From Candidatus Zixiibacteriota bacterium (GTDB taxonomy: Bacteria > Zixibacteria > MSB-5A5 > GN15 > JAAZOE01): 64,000 nt of DNA. A model generated the notes under the pieces. The model saw nothing but the letters and a program-made list of their open reading frames with translations, searched no databases and was not told the origin of the DNA. The stretch covers positions 67,439 to 131,438 of the forward strand of contig JBDREQ010000076.1 of NCBI GenBank assembly GCA_043819555.1, read 5' to 3'. The position numbers and the translations under genes were made by a program. Below are positions 49,259-59,584 of the stretch, piece by piece (within the stretch, counting starts at the first letter, position 1; every line of letters starts with the position of its first letter).

Positions 49259-49828
49259 ATGACAGACGAAACAACCCGTTTGGTATTGCTTTTTCAAGAG
49301 GGTGACAGGCAGGCGTTTGCCGAATTGGTCAAGGCTTTTCGCCATAAGATATATGCCTTGGCATACAGGATTCTCATGAATCATTCAGACGCCGATGAAG
49401 TCGCTCAGGAAACTTTCGTCCGGGTCTATAACCGGATTGGTCAATTGAAATCACCAGTTAGGTTTGACTCGTTTTTATACCGGATCGCTACAAACTATGC
49501 CATTGATTTGTTGCGCAAAAGGAAAGGCAGAGTTGTGGCCATGCCGGATGAGGGTGAACTTCCGGGAAATATTCAGGTGGCCCTTTCATTGAGGGTAATC
49601 AACCCGGAAAAAAACCTTGAAAACAAGCAGTTATTGGACGCAATTATTAAAGCAGCGGAGGAACTTCCTCCAAGACAAAAGGTAACTCTGGTTTTGCATG
49701 ATATTGAAGGCCAGTCGAAAGAAGAAATTGCCAGGATTCTTGAATGTCCCGAAGCTACGGTGAGATCAAACTTGCATATTGCACGCAGTAAACTTAAGCA
49801 GATACTTTCTAAGTATTTAGCAATATGA
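49259..49828 (+). CDS. ECF RNA polymerase sigma factor
   Basis: DADEVAQETFVR, EIARIL...ATVRSNLHIAR. Confidence 0.93.
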   Translation: MTDETTRLVLLFQEGDRQAFAELVKAFRHKIYALAYRILMNHSDADEVAQETFVRVYNRIGQLKSPVRFDSFLYRIATNYAIDLLRKRKGRVVAMPDEGELPGNIQVALSLRVINPEKNLENKQLLDAIIKAAEELPPRQKVTLVLHDIEGQSKEEIARILECPEATVRSNLHIARSKLKQILSKYLAI

Positions 49829-49847
49829 TTAATTTTGGAGGCTCTAA

Positions 49848-50351
49848 ATGTCAAACCGCCACATAACTCATCTAATCGGGGGCTTTTTAGACGGAGAATT
49901 AACTCCTAAAAAACATCAAGAGGTTTTGGATCATTGCTCTTGCTGTCCCTCATGCGCAAGAGAATTGGGTCATTACAGAGAACTTAAGACGATAATGGGA
50001 CGCATTAAAGAACCCGATCCGGGAGATGAATATTTCACGACCTTGTCAGAGAATATTTTGAACAGGACGGAATTAATCCGTCCGGCACCGGTTTTGGATT
50101 CAAATATGACAGGAAGCAGTTTATCGCGGCAAAACATTTATAAACTTCTCATCCGAGTCGCTGCCGTAATAACATTACTGTTCATATCATTATTCGCCAC
50201 CGAATTTAAGCCTCGAAAACATGTTTCGCAAGCCGGCAATCGGGCTATAGAAATAAGGGCGGATGGGAAAAACATTGCCGGATGGACGGGCAATATTCCT
50301 CCCGGTAAGGATGACGTGAATGATATATCAAACAATTCGACAAGTGAATAA
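49848..50351 (+). CDS. zf-HC2 anti-sigma factor
   Basis: FLDGEL...HCSCCPSC (HxxxCxxC), one TM. Confidence 0.85.
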   Translation: MSNRHITHLIGGFLDGELTPKKHQEVLDHCSCCPSCARELGHYRELKTIMGRIKEPDPGDEYFTTLSENILNRTELIRPAPVLDSNMTGSSLSRQNIYKLLIRVAAVITLLFISLFATEFKPRKHVSQAGNRAIEIRADGKNIAGWTGNIPPGKDDVNDISNNSTSE

Positions 50352-50402
50352 AGGAAATAAGGATTATAGTATTTGGCATTGATTGGTGATTTTGGAGCAA
50401 AA

Positions 50403-51344
50403 ATGACGAATCATTCAAAGTATTTCTCGCTGATTGCAGCGATAATGCCTCTTTCTATTGTCGCAATATCAGCACTTTTTATTCTATCGTGTTCATCAGA
50501 GCGCGAGAAGTATTTATTTCGATACAAATACGGGGCGCCGGGCAAAACGGTCAATGTCATCCAGACCACAAATCAGTCCGGAACCATATTCAAAAACGAC
50601 AAATGGGTCAGTGATATTGACTGGACATCTTACACCTATCTTACTTTAAAAACATCCGAAATTTTAGATGATAACACTTATATTATGGATGTTTTTTATA
50701 ATACGGAAAATAAGGACCTATCCGAAAGCAATTTCGTTGTTAAATTTCCTGATTCAACCTGTGAGAACGTTTATCATCTGCATACTACTGATAGAGACTC
50801 AGTTATAAATATTGAGTTCCCCGCTAACGGTCCATCAGAAGACAGAATCAATTATTATAAAACTATTTCAAGTCCTTGTTATGCTAATTTTCCCAAGGAG
50901 GCGATTGCGCCGGGGCATAAATGGAGAATGTCGATACCATCCGTTATGTTAAACGGAGACACTGCTATATCTGTACTGGATTATGTTTTTAAGGGATTCA
51001 CCAAAAAAAAAGGATACGATTGCGCATTGATTGAAATTAAAGCCGAAATCGCCGCGGCCTTTCTTTCGGACCCCGGCGATTCCAGTTTGACTCAGCGAGA
51101 GGAATGGCATACCGTTAAAGGCATGATGTATTTCTCATTGGAACATGGTTGGCCTGTTCAACTTAATTTCTCATCGCATGTTCTTTCGCATCGCCAAAAA
51201 AGAGATGCGCTTGAATATTATATTGATGACAATGGCGATAAAATTGACATCCCCGAAAGTGAACGAGAAATAACCGATATGTTTTTCAAGGTCGAATACG
51301 ACGAAAACACAAGCTTTGTTTATTCTGGCATTGAAAGCCATTAA
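50403..51344 (+). CDS. Hypothetical lipoprotein
   Basis: FILSC lipobox; FPKEAIAPGHKW; beta-rich. Confidence 0.65.
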   Translation: MTNHSKYFSLIAAIMPLSIVAISALFILSCSSEREKYLFRYKYGAPGKTVNVIQTTNQSGTIFKNDKWVSDIDWTSYTYLTLKTSEILDDNTYIMDVFYNTENKDLSESNFVVKFPDSTCENVYHLHTTDRDSVINIEFPANGPSEDRINYYKTISSPCYANFPKEAIAPGHKWRMSIPSVMLNGDTAISVLDYVFKGFTKKKGYDCALIEIKAEIAAAFLSDPGDSSLTQREEWHTVKGMMYFSLEHGWPVQLNFSSHVLSHRQKRDALEYYIDDNGDKIDIPESEREITDMFFKVEYDENTSFVYSGIESH

Positions 51345-51384
51345 TATTCTTTACAATCCCATTTATCTATTATAAATTCAACAA

Positions 51385-52560
51385 ATGAGTGAGATTTCCC
51401 GAGTCATAGTCATAATCCTCGATGCCTGTGGCATAGGTGAACTGCCCGATGCCAGTGAATATGGAGACGCTGGCTCAGCCACTCTCCAAAATACTGCCTC
51501 GGCGGTCGGGGGATTAAGCCTGCCTATGCTCGAATCTCTCGGACTTGGAAATATAGAAATGATTGAGGGGGTCAAGGCAACTCCCAATTCAAATGCCGCC
51601 TTTGGAAAAATGGCTGAAAAGTCCGCTGGAAAAGATTCCACTTCAGGGCATTGGGAACATTTTGGAGTTATTCTTAAAGATCCCTTCCCGACATATCCTG
51701 ACGGCTTTCCCGATAAACTAATAAATTATTTCTCTGAGCTTTGCGGCTACAATGTAATTGGCAATAAGGCCGCATCGGGAACAGAAATTATTGAACGTTT
51801 GGGAAAAACACATTTGGACACCCACGCTCTCATCGTCTATACATCTGCAGATTCGGTTTTCCAGATTGCCGCTCATGAATCAATCGTCTCTCCTGATGAG
51901 TTAGATAGAATATGCGATATCGCCAGAAAATTACTGACTGGAGAACACCATGTTGGGCGGGTTATCGCCCGGCCTTTTAGTGGCCGGCCGGGCAATTTTG
52001 TCAGGACTTCCAGGCGAAAAGATTTTTCCGCGCTGCCCTCCTCCCCATTCGTTAATCAAAAACTAATTGAAGAAAATATTCCGGTCATAGCCATCGGAAA
52101 GATTTATGATCTTATGGCCGGTTTGGGCATATCGAAAAAAATCATCGCCAGCGGCAATGATGAATGTATGGATAAAATGATTGATGCCCTCGATTCTTAT
52201 TCAATCGGTTTGATAATGACAAACCTTGGCGATTTTGACATGCTCTGGGGACATCGCAATGATTACAAATCATTCGCAAACGGATTAGAGGAATTTGACT
52301 TATGGCTCGACAATCTTATTGGCAAATTAAAAGAGGATGATCTCTTGATTATCACTGCCGACCACGGATGCGACCCGACCACGCCTTCGACCGATCACAG
52401 CCGTGAATATGTTCCACTTCTGGCATTTCGACCGGGAATGTTGAAGGGAATCAATCTCGGCATCAGGGAATCCTTTGCCGATACAGGGAAAACTATCGCG
52501 GATATTTTTAAAATTGATTATCCATTTCCGGGAAAATCATTTTTGAAAGAAATACAATGA
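51385..52560 (+). CDS. deoB: Phosphopentomutase
   Basis: LDACGIG, GKDSTSGHWE, YTSADSVFQ, ADHGCDP, TDHSRE. Confidence 0.97.
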   Translation: MSEISRVIVIILDACGIGELPDASEYGDAGSATLQNTASAVGGLSLPMLESLGLGNIEMIEGVKATPNSNAAFGKMAEKSAGKDSTSGHWEHFGVILKDPFPTYPDGFPDKLINYFSELCGYNVIGNKAASGTEIIERLGKTHLDTHALIVYTSADSVFQIAAHESIVSPDELDRICDIARKLLTGEHHVGRVIARPFSGRPGNFVRTSRRKDFSALPSSPFVNQKLIEENIPVIAIGKIYDLMAGLGISKKIIASGNDECMDKMIDALDSYSIGLIMTNLGDFDMLWGHRNDYKSFANGLEEFDLWLDNLIGKLKEDDLLIITADHGCDPTTPSTDHSREYVPLLAFRPGMLKGINLGIRESFADTGKTIADIFKIDYPFPGKSFLKEIQ

Positions 52561-53210
52561 TCGATTTTGCTCGATATTTTGACCATACGCTTCTGAAACC
52601 GGATGCGACCGAAAGTCAAATAATAAAATTGTGCCTTGAAGCGGTCAAATATGGCTTTTATTCAGTCATTGTTAATCCCGTTTGGATCCCGGTTGCCGTT
52701 AAAGAAATTAATACAACTAATGTAAAAACCGGAAGCGTTTGCGGTTTCCCCCTCGGAGCCAATACGACAAATATTAAGAAGTCTGAAGCCCTGTTAGCCG
52801 AACAACAGGGAGCCAATGAAATTGACGTTGTTGCCAATCTGGGATGGCTCAAGAGCGGAGAGTTTACTGCGGTCGAAAACGAATTGACCGAAATACGAAA
52901 ATCGCTCTCCAACTCAACTATCTTGAAAGTAATCATCGAAACCCCTGTCCTGGATGAAGACAAATGGCTGGATACTTGCCGGGCGGTAATAAATTCCGGG
53001 GGCGATTCTATCAAAAGCGCAACCGGTTTTTTGGGCCCGACCCCGGTTGAACATATTCGAAAACTTAAGGAAATTTGCCGGGATCAGATTCAAATCAAGG
53101 CGGTCGGAGGAATAAAATCGGCTGAAACCGCGCGGGACATGATCATAGCCGGAGCCTCTCGCATTGGCTGTTCCGCCTCAGTGGATATTTTCAGCCATAT
53201 TTCGACGTAA
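52557..53210 (+). CDS. deoC: Deoxyribose-phosphate aldolase
   Basis: DHTLLKP, GFPLGA, KVIIET, IKAVGGI. Confidence 0.95.
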   Translation: MIDFARYFDHTLLKPDATESQIIKLCLEAVKYGFYSVIVNPVWIPVAVKEINTTNVKTGSVCGFPLGANTTNIKKSEALLAEQQGANEIDVVANLGWLKSGEFTAVENELTEIRKSLSNSTILKVIIETPVLDEDKWLDTCRAVINSGGDSIKSATGFLGPTPVEHIRKLKEICRDQIQIKAVGGIKSAETARDMIIAGASRIGCSASVDIFSHIST

Positions 53211-53310
53211 ATTTGTGATTGCCTTTTCCCGATTCGGCAATAATTTATTTTTGGGTCAACTGCCAAAACTATAGGATTGACTGACTCCAGTTTTTATATT
53301 ATCAAGCAGT

Positions 53311-53505
53311 ATGGCGGAAGAAGTCAAAAAAAACAGAATGAGGCCCTCGGTCGGAATATTTTTTAAATGCTGCCGGGTCTATTCCCGCATCTATTTGAAC
53401 AAACAGGGAAAAGCGTTTGTTGGCTGGTGCCCCAAATGCGCTGGCAAAATTGAAATGCAAGTATCCCCCGATGGTTCCACCAGCAAACTTTTTTACGCGG
53501 AATAA
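53311..53505 (+). CDS. Small putative zinc-ribbon protein
   Basis: FKCCRVYSRIY...GWCPKC; 2 nt upstream of next gene. Confidence 0.7.
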   Translation: MAEEVKKNRMRPSVGIFFKCCRVYSRIYLNKQGKAFVGWCPKCAGKIEMQVSPDGSTSKLFYAE

Positions 53506-53507
53506 TC

Positions 53508-54056
53508 ATGAGTCTCTTGCGAGCTAAAATAGTAATCGTTCCCCTTGGTGATGTTGATCTGACCCTGGTCAATCGTTTGGCAGGTTCCATCGGCGGCGTT
53601 TTCAATCGCGGCGTTGATATCCTAAAAGGCATGCGGATGCCTCAGGAAGCTTTCAATGAAACCCGCAATCAGTATTATGCCCGAATTATTTTATCCAAAC
53701 TGGAGCGAGTCAAGGCCAACACGCGCGAAACAATCGTCGGGATTTGCGAGGAGGACATTTACCTTCCCAATCGCCACTATGTTCTCGGCTATGCGGATAA
53801 TCTGGGTTCCACCGGGGTTGTCTCAATCTTTCATTTTCGCCATGAATTCTATGGACTCCCCGAAGACGAGAAACAAGTTTATCCCCGTCTTTATAAGGAA
53901 ACAATTCACCAGATGGCGCATATCTATTCCATCCCTATCTGTTCCAATCCCAGTTGCGTTCATTATGAATCCACGGAAATGCTCGATATTGATCACAAAT
54001 CGGATAAGCTGTGCGATATTTGCATCAGGAATTTGCAGCAGGTGCGTACCACATGA
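53508..54056 (+). CDS. Archaemetzincin (M54)-like protein with degenerate active site
   Basis: RNQY, KETIHQMAH, C..P.CV, D.K...LC..C. Confidence 0.8.
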   Translation: MSLLRAKIVIVPLGDVDLTLVNRLAGSIGGVFNRGVDILKGMRMPQEAFNETRNQYYARIILSKLERVKANTRETIVGICEEDIYLPNRHYVLGYADNLGSTGVVSIFHFRHEFYGLPEDEKQVYPRLYKETIHQMAHIYSIPICSNPSCVHYESTEMLDIDHKSDKLCDICIRNLQQVRTT

Positions 54057-56320
54057 ACCTGCCCCAGATTCTCGAATCATTCCGGACTGATCCCGAAACG
54101 GTTAACGGTATTGTTCACTGGGAAACAATTTCATCAAGACCCGCGGTAACGAGACCATTTCCGAATTTTATCAATGAAAAACTAATCAACTGCCTCAAAT
54201 CTCGCGGCATTGACTCGTTATATTCGCATCAGCTTGAGGCCATCGAACAAATCAATGACGGTAAAAACGTCGTCGTTGTTACTCCGACGGCATCGGGCAA
54301 AACCCTGTGTTATAATATCCCAGTAATAAATCGCATCATGTCCGAACCGGATACTCGCGCTCTCTACCTTTTCCCGACTAAAGCTCTCGGAGCCGATCAG
54401 CTCGATGAACTGCACGGACTGGTGACGGACCTTGAAATTGACATAAAGACCTATACTTTTGACGGCGATACTCCGCAGGATGCCCGCCGCGCCGTCCGGT
54501 CGGCTGGCAATATCGTCATTACCAATCCCGATATGCTCCACGCCGGAATCCTCCCGCATCACACCAAGTGGATTAAGCTGTTTGAAAACCTTAAATATAT
54601 CGTCATCGACGAGGTCCATCAATATCGGGGCATCTTCGGGTCCCATCTTGCCAATCTTCTTAGAAGGTTAAAACGAATTTGTAATTTCTATGACAGCCAT
54701 CCGCAGTTTATTTGCTGTTCGGCGACGATTGCCAACCCCGCTGAGCTGGCCTCAAAACTTATCGAACAGCCGGTTGTTAAAATTGATAAAAACGGCGCCC
54801 CCGCCGGAGAAAAGCACTTTATTCTTTATAATCCACCGGTCATCAATGCCGAGTTGGGTATCCGTCGTTCGGCGGTTAATGAAACCGAACGATTGGCATC
54901 GATGTTTATAAAAGAAAATATTCAGACCATCGTCTTTGGCCGTTACCGGATGCAGGTTGAAATCATCCTGCGTTATCTTAAGGATAAATTCAAACATAAA
55001 TACGGTCGCGGAATAAAAATCGCCGGATACCGCGGCGGCTATCTACCCAATGAACGCCGCGAAATCGAACAGGGCGTCCGTTCCGGCGAGATTACCGGAA
55101 TCGTATCGACTAACGCTCTCGAACTCGGTATCGACATCGGCTCGCTCGATGTATCAATTATGTGCGGCTTTCCCGGCTCCATCGCCTCAGTCTGGCAGCA
55201 GGCCGGACGGGCCGGGCGCAAGGCCGGAGTCTCGGCGGCAATTATGGTTGCGACTTCGTCGGCTTTGCCGCAATTTCTCATGTCGCATCCGGAATATTTC
55301 TTCAAACGAACTCCCGAAGAAGGTATCATCGATCCCGACAACCTGATTATTCATTCGAGCCATATCAAATGCGCCGCCTTTGAGCTTCCGGTCTGGATGG
55401 GCGAAAAAATCGGCCCCGAACCGGTCGATGATATCATGGAATACCTCGAAACAAAGCGAGTTGTCCGCTCATCGGGAGATAAATACTACTGGTCGTCCGA
55501 TATCTATCCGGCTAATGAAGTCTCCCTCCGTTCCGCATCGCCAGAGAATTTTGTCATTCTGAATTCATCCGATAATGATAAAGTTATCGGCGAGATCGAT
55601 TATTTTTCAGCGCCGGAATTTCTGCATCCCGAGGCGATTTATATTCACGGCGCCGAAACCTATCAGGTCAAAAAACTCGACTGGGAAGGTCGCCGGGCGT
55701 ACGTCGAGGAGGCCGAGGTCGATTATTACACCGACGCTGAAGAAAAGGCGGAGCTGAAAATCCTCGATGTTGACGAACAGAAATACATCTCCCCCGGTAC
55801 AATCGGTCACGGCGATGTGTCTCTGACACGCGTTGTCGTGCTGTTCAAAAAGATCAAATTTCATACTCACGAAAACGTTGGTTCCGGGCCGGTATCGCTT
55901 CCCGAGCAGGAAATGCACACGACTTCGTTCTGGTATCAGTTCCCCAACGACCTTGCCGTCTCGGCCAACCTGACCGAATCGAAGCTGGGCGGAGGTTTGC
56001 GAGGAGTCGCCAATGTCCTGCAGAAAATCGCCCCATTGTGGCTGATGTGTGATCCTCGCGATATCAGGTCATTGTCACGCGTACGCGATACATTCACCGG
56101 CTGTCCGACGCTTTATGTTTATGACAATGTCCCTGCCGGTGTCGGATTCGCCGAGAAATTATACAACATGGTCCCCGATATATTCAAGGCCTGCAAACAG
56201 CATATTATCAACTGTGGCTGCGCCGGAGGATGCCCTTCCTGCACCGGTCCCCCGTTAGAACTCGGCGAAAAAGGCAAAAACGCCACTGTTGATGTGCTTG
56301 ATGTGATTTTGGGGGAATAA
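54053..56320 (+). CDS. DEAD/DEAH helicase with C-terminal DUF1998 (MrfA/SftH/Hrq1 type)
   Basis: TASGKT, DEVH, SAT, QAGRAGR, CGCAGGCPSC; ATGA overlap with upstream gene. Confidence 0.93.
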   Translation: MNLPQILESFRTDPETVNGIVHWETISSRPAVTRPFPNFINEKLINCLKSRGIDSLYSHQLEAIEQINDGKNVVVVTPTASGKTLCYNIPVINRIMSEPDTRALYLFPTKALGADQLDELHGLVTDLEIDIKTYTFDGDTPQDARRAVRSAGNIVITNPDMLHAGILPHHTKWIKLFENLKYIVIDEVHQYRGIFGSHLANLLRRLKRICNFYDSHPQFICCSATIANPAELASKLIEQPVVKIDKNGAPAGEKHFILYNPPVINAELGIRRSAVNETERLASMFIKENIQTIVFGRYRMQVEIILRYLKDKFKHKYGRGIKIAGYRGGYLPNERREIEQGVRSGEITGIVSTNALELGIDIGSLDVSIMCGFPGSIASVWQQAGRAGRKAGVSAAIMVATSSALPQFLMSHPEYFFKRTPEEGIIDPDNLIIHSSHIKCAAFELPVWMGEKIGPEPVDDIMEYLETKRVVRSSGDKYYWSSDIYPANEVSLRSASPENFVILNSSDNDKVIGEIDYFSAPEFLHPEAIYIHGAETYQVKKLDWEGRRAYVEEAEVDYYTDAEEKAELKILDVDEQKYISPGTIGHGDVSLTRVVVLFKKIKFHTHENVGSGPVSLPEQEMHTTSFWYQFPNDLAVSANLTESKLGGGLRGVANVLQKIAPLWLMCDPRDIRSLSRVRDTFTGCPTLYVYDNVPAGVGFAEKLYNMVPDIFKACKQHIINCGCAGGCPSCTGPPLELGEKGKNATVDVLDVILGE

Positions 56321-56353
56321 TAGAATGAATTTAGTCAATCACGGAGAATTTCT

Positions 56354-57001
56354 ATGAAAGTATTTAGAGATTTAGAAATAATAATTAAGCCAGATCAAAT
56401 CAAAGATTTGATTGGTAAAATAACTGACATGCTTGATGCAAATTGGACTAGGAATTACCAAAATGAAGAACGAGTAGTCAAAAATCTGGGACGCGATGTT
56501 TGCTTTTGCTTTAATCGAAGAAATGACAAAGGCGTTCAAGCGACAATGTTGGTCTTAATGCGTAATAATGACGATAAGATTTATGTTTCAAATATCGTAC
56601 CCACTGCTGTGGGACATATTACCGATGATCAATATAACCAGATATTGGTGGAATTTTATGATAAATTTATTGATCCATTGGAAAATGAATTAGATTTTAA
56701 GGGCATATTATCCTCAGATAATCAAACAATCGAAGATTGGGTATCTGAAAAATGTGCTGGGCTGCTGCGTACATTTTCTGCGGCTGCAAATAAAGGTACA
56801 GGTAGTCATCACCCATGTGATCAGGAGCGTTGGTTTGAATTCATAATTGAAGCACAAAAACAAAAACCAAAATTGGAGGCGCATGTATTGGAGAGGTGGC
56901 TTTTTGAAGAAGAAAAATGGACGGAAGAAATTGCATCGGAACTAGCCTTTGAATATGAAAATGGGATTAGTTTATTAGATTTTTATGTACGAAATAGCTG
57001 A
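56354..57001 (+). CDS. Hypothetical protein (AT-rich)
   Basis: GGAG SD; ANKGTGSHHPCDQERW segment. Confidence 0.75.
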   Translation: MKVFRDLEIIIKPDQIKDLIGKITDMLDANWTRNYQNEERVVKNLGRDVCFCFNRRNDKGVQATMLVLMRNNDDKIYVSNIVPTAVGHITDDQYNQILVEFYDKFIDPLENELDFKGILSSDNQTIEDWVSEKCAGLLRTFSAAANKGTGSHHPCDQERWFEFIIEAQKQKPKLEAHVLERWLFEEEKWTEEIASELAFEYENGISLLDFYVRNS

Positions 57002-57734
57002 TAATTTTAATGAGCATTCCCTAGATGAAGCGACTAACAATATTATTAGTCGCAATACAGGCGTAATTATAATTGATACGTGTTGTATACTTGATATAAT
57101 AAGAATCCCATTAAGATCAAGCAACTATCTCAATGCTATATCTATTCTAGATATTGTGATAGAAGTGGTTTCAATGGCTAAATCAAATCCTCCACAAATT
57201 TCACTGGTAATTCCGCCATTAATCTTAAAAGAATTTAATGACCATGTAGAGCATACTATTATTGAAATAAAAAATTCTATAACAGACTTTAACGAACAGT
57301 ATAAAATATTATTTTCGATTGCTGGACGGTATAACTCGAATATGGGAACAGGGCTCTTAATATCAAAATTGCATATTCTGGATGAATTGCATAAATTATG
57401 CTCAGACTTAATCGATTATGGCATACATTTGGGGGAAGACAAAGAATGTACAAATGAGGCAATGTCTAGATCAATTCGGAAAACCCCACCTGCCAAGAAA
57501 GGCACTTCTCAAGATAGTTATATATATTTGCATGGGATAAATTTGATATCTAAATTAAGAAAAAGGGGATTTCGCAAGAATTGTATCTTTTTTACAACAA
57601 ATACAAACGACTATTGCGAAAAAAAAGGTCATCTTTTCGAAAATATCGATAAAGAGCTCTCAAAATTAACTGCCATTTTGCGTTACGATTGGCTACAGCT
57701 TTACGAAACTATAATAGAAAATAACAACGAGTAG
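56985..57734 (+). CDS. PIN-domain protein (DUF4935-like)
   Basis: IIIDTCCILD, E, QDSYI, FFTTNTNDY acidic PIN pattern. Confidence 0.65.
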   Translation: MYEIADNFNEHSLDEATNNIISRNTGVIIIDTCCILDIIRIPLRSSNYLNAISILDIVIEVVSMAKSNPPQISLVIPPLILKEFNDHVEHTIIEIKNSITDFNEQYKILFSIAGRYNSNMGTGLLISKLHILDELHKLCSDLIDYGIHLGEDKECTNEAMSRSIRKTPPAKKGTSQDSYIYLHGINLISKLRKRGFRKNCIFFTTNTNDYCEKKGHLFENIDKELSKLTAILRYDWLQLYETIIENNNE

Positions 57735-57781
57735 AGTAGCTAGGTTACGCCACATTTTTGCTATGGGATAAAACTAACTCT

Positions 57782-57919
57782 ACACACCCCGCCCCTATCG
57801 GGGCACCCCTCTCGAGAGGGGAAAAATAAATTCAGTCCGTACGGCACCATTACAGGGATGCTGCCAATATTAATATTATCCCACATCGGGGGATCGGCGG
57901 GATCGCATGGACCCCGCCC
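57782..57919. repeat. Repeat cluster: family F (57782-57824) and family C copy 2 (57839-57919)
   Basis: Inverted homologs of 15380-15422 and 14192-14276. Confidence 0.75.
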
Positions 57920-58125
57920 AGGAGTACCCCACAACTTGAATCGTCAATTCGTTAAAATAGTAGGCGAATCTATATCTTGTATATATTTTGAGATATTCGA
58001 AAACTTCTGAATTATATTACGATCGTACTAAGCCCAACAACTCTTGACTTTATCAATAACGGAAAATACCGTTTAAGATTAAACAATTTTGCTGATTGGC
58101 AAGTCTATTATAAAAAGGAGAACTT

Positions 58126-59379
58126 ATGAAAAACATTCCAATTATCATGACCCTGATTTTGGCGCTTACAATTAGCGCTCTGGTTCAGGCTCAGGATGAA
58201 AAGCGCCTGACAACTATTCAGCTTACCGATAGAATTTATCAAATATCAGTAGATGAAGGGGAATATACTACCAATACCCTGGTATCTGTGGGGGACGATG
58301 GCATCTTAATTGTTGACACTCAAAACGAAGCGGAAGCCGAAGAATTAAAACAGATTATTGATTCCTTCGATAAAGGCGGTCCCAAATTTATTATTAATAC
58401 TCACCGCCATGTTGAACATATCGGCGGCAATGCCATATTTGGAACCGAACCGGTAGTAATCACTCATGCCCTTTACCCTTCAAAATTGACCACCGGCTCA
58501 TATATTTTTGAAGAATATCCTCCGGCGACTTATCCCGACATCACCTTGGCCGATTCACTGAGTTTATTTTTCAACGGTGAAAAAATCCGAATAATCGAAA
58601 TGGGAGGAAGCCACGATGATAATGAAATCATTGTCCATTTTACCGATTCGAAAATCGTTCATCTAAGCTTTCTGGTTAATGGTTTCAATTTCCCTTCGAT
58701 TGACTCCGATGGTGATGTATTCAAATTCCCGGAACTCCTTCGCAAGGCGATAGAGCTTTTGCCGGAGGATGTAACGATCGTATCGGGACATAACGGCCAT
58801 GGTACCTGGAGCGACCTGCATGATTATCTTGATATGCTCGTTTCAACGACCGCAATAGTGAAAGAGGGGCTGGATGCCGGAAAAGACCTGGCGACTCTCC
58901 AGGAAGAGCATGTTTTGGATGAATGGAAATCATACGCCGGAAGTTATGTCAGTGTCAATGAATGGATTGAATATCTGGTAAAAGGTTTTGAAAATAAGGG
59001 CACACCCAAAAAGAAAAGTATATACGAGCCTCTATATCATGCCATCAAGGAAGGCGGGCTGGAAGCAGGAATATCGCTCTATCATGATATAAAAAATAAA
59101 AATGCCGATGATTATGAACTTTCCGATGTAAACTTACTGATTATAGCAAATAAATACCTGGCCAGGGATAAAATATCGGATGTTATTCGCCTTCTCGAAT
59201 TGAATATATCCGAGTATCCATCCGGCGATTACTGTTATTATTCACATTATCTTCTCGCTCAGGCTTACAATGAGCAAGGAAATAAGGAAAAAGCAGTTTA
59301 TAACTGCGAAAAATCTATCGAACTAAAATCCGAATTTGGGGGAGCAGTAGAATTATTGGAAAAAATAAAGGGTAATTAA
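58126..59379 (+). CDS. Secreted MBL-fold metallo-hydrolase with C-terminal TPR
   Basis: Signal peptide; LIVDT, NTHRHVEHIGGN, VSGH; AGGAG SD. Confidence 0.85.
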   Translation: MKNIPIIMTLILALTISALVQAQDEKRLTTIQLTDRIYQISVDEGEYTTNTLVSVGDDGILIVDTQNEAEAEELKQIIDSFDKGGPKFIINTHRHVEHIGGNAIFGTEPVVITHALYPSKLTTGSYIFEEYPPATYPDITLADSLSLFFNGEKIRIIEMGGSHDDNEIIVHFTDSKIVHLSFLVNGFNFPSIDSDGDVFKFPELLRKAIELLPEDVTIVSGHNGHGTWSDLHDYLDMLVSTTAIVKEGLDAGKDLATLQEEHVLDEWKSYAGSYVSVNEWIEYLVKGFENKGTPKKKSIYEPLYHAIKEGGLEAGISLYHDIKNKNADDYELSDVNLLIIANKYLARDKISDVIRLLELNISEYPSGDYCYYSHYLLAQAYNEQGNKEKAVYNCEKSIELKSEFGGAVELLEKIKGN

Positions 59380-59584
59380 TCAACGTTTCAATATTTTTTC
59401 CCAATGAAAGGAAGTGGGATTGGCGGGGTTCTCAGCCCTACGGGGAATGGGGACTCTGGGAAAGTACGATTCCAATAAATATAACTTTTTCTTGTACAAA
59501 AACCAAGCACATGAAGAGTACGACGGGATGACTCACTCAACCCTGATTTTCGTTTAGGTAAGCTATTTGGTTAGATTATTTAAT

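Noticed and set aside
2094..56258. Numerous short antisense or alternate-frame ORFs in the track
   Set aside because: They lie inside well-supported genes and show no independent motifs
54053..56320. DISARM or Druantia defence system
   Set aside because: Single fused MrfA/Hrq1-type helicase with no methylase, SNF2 or other partner genes
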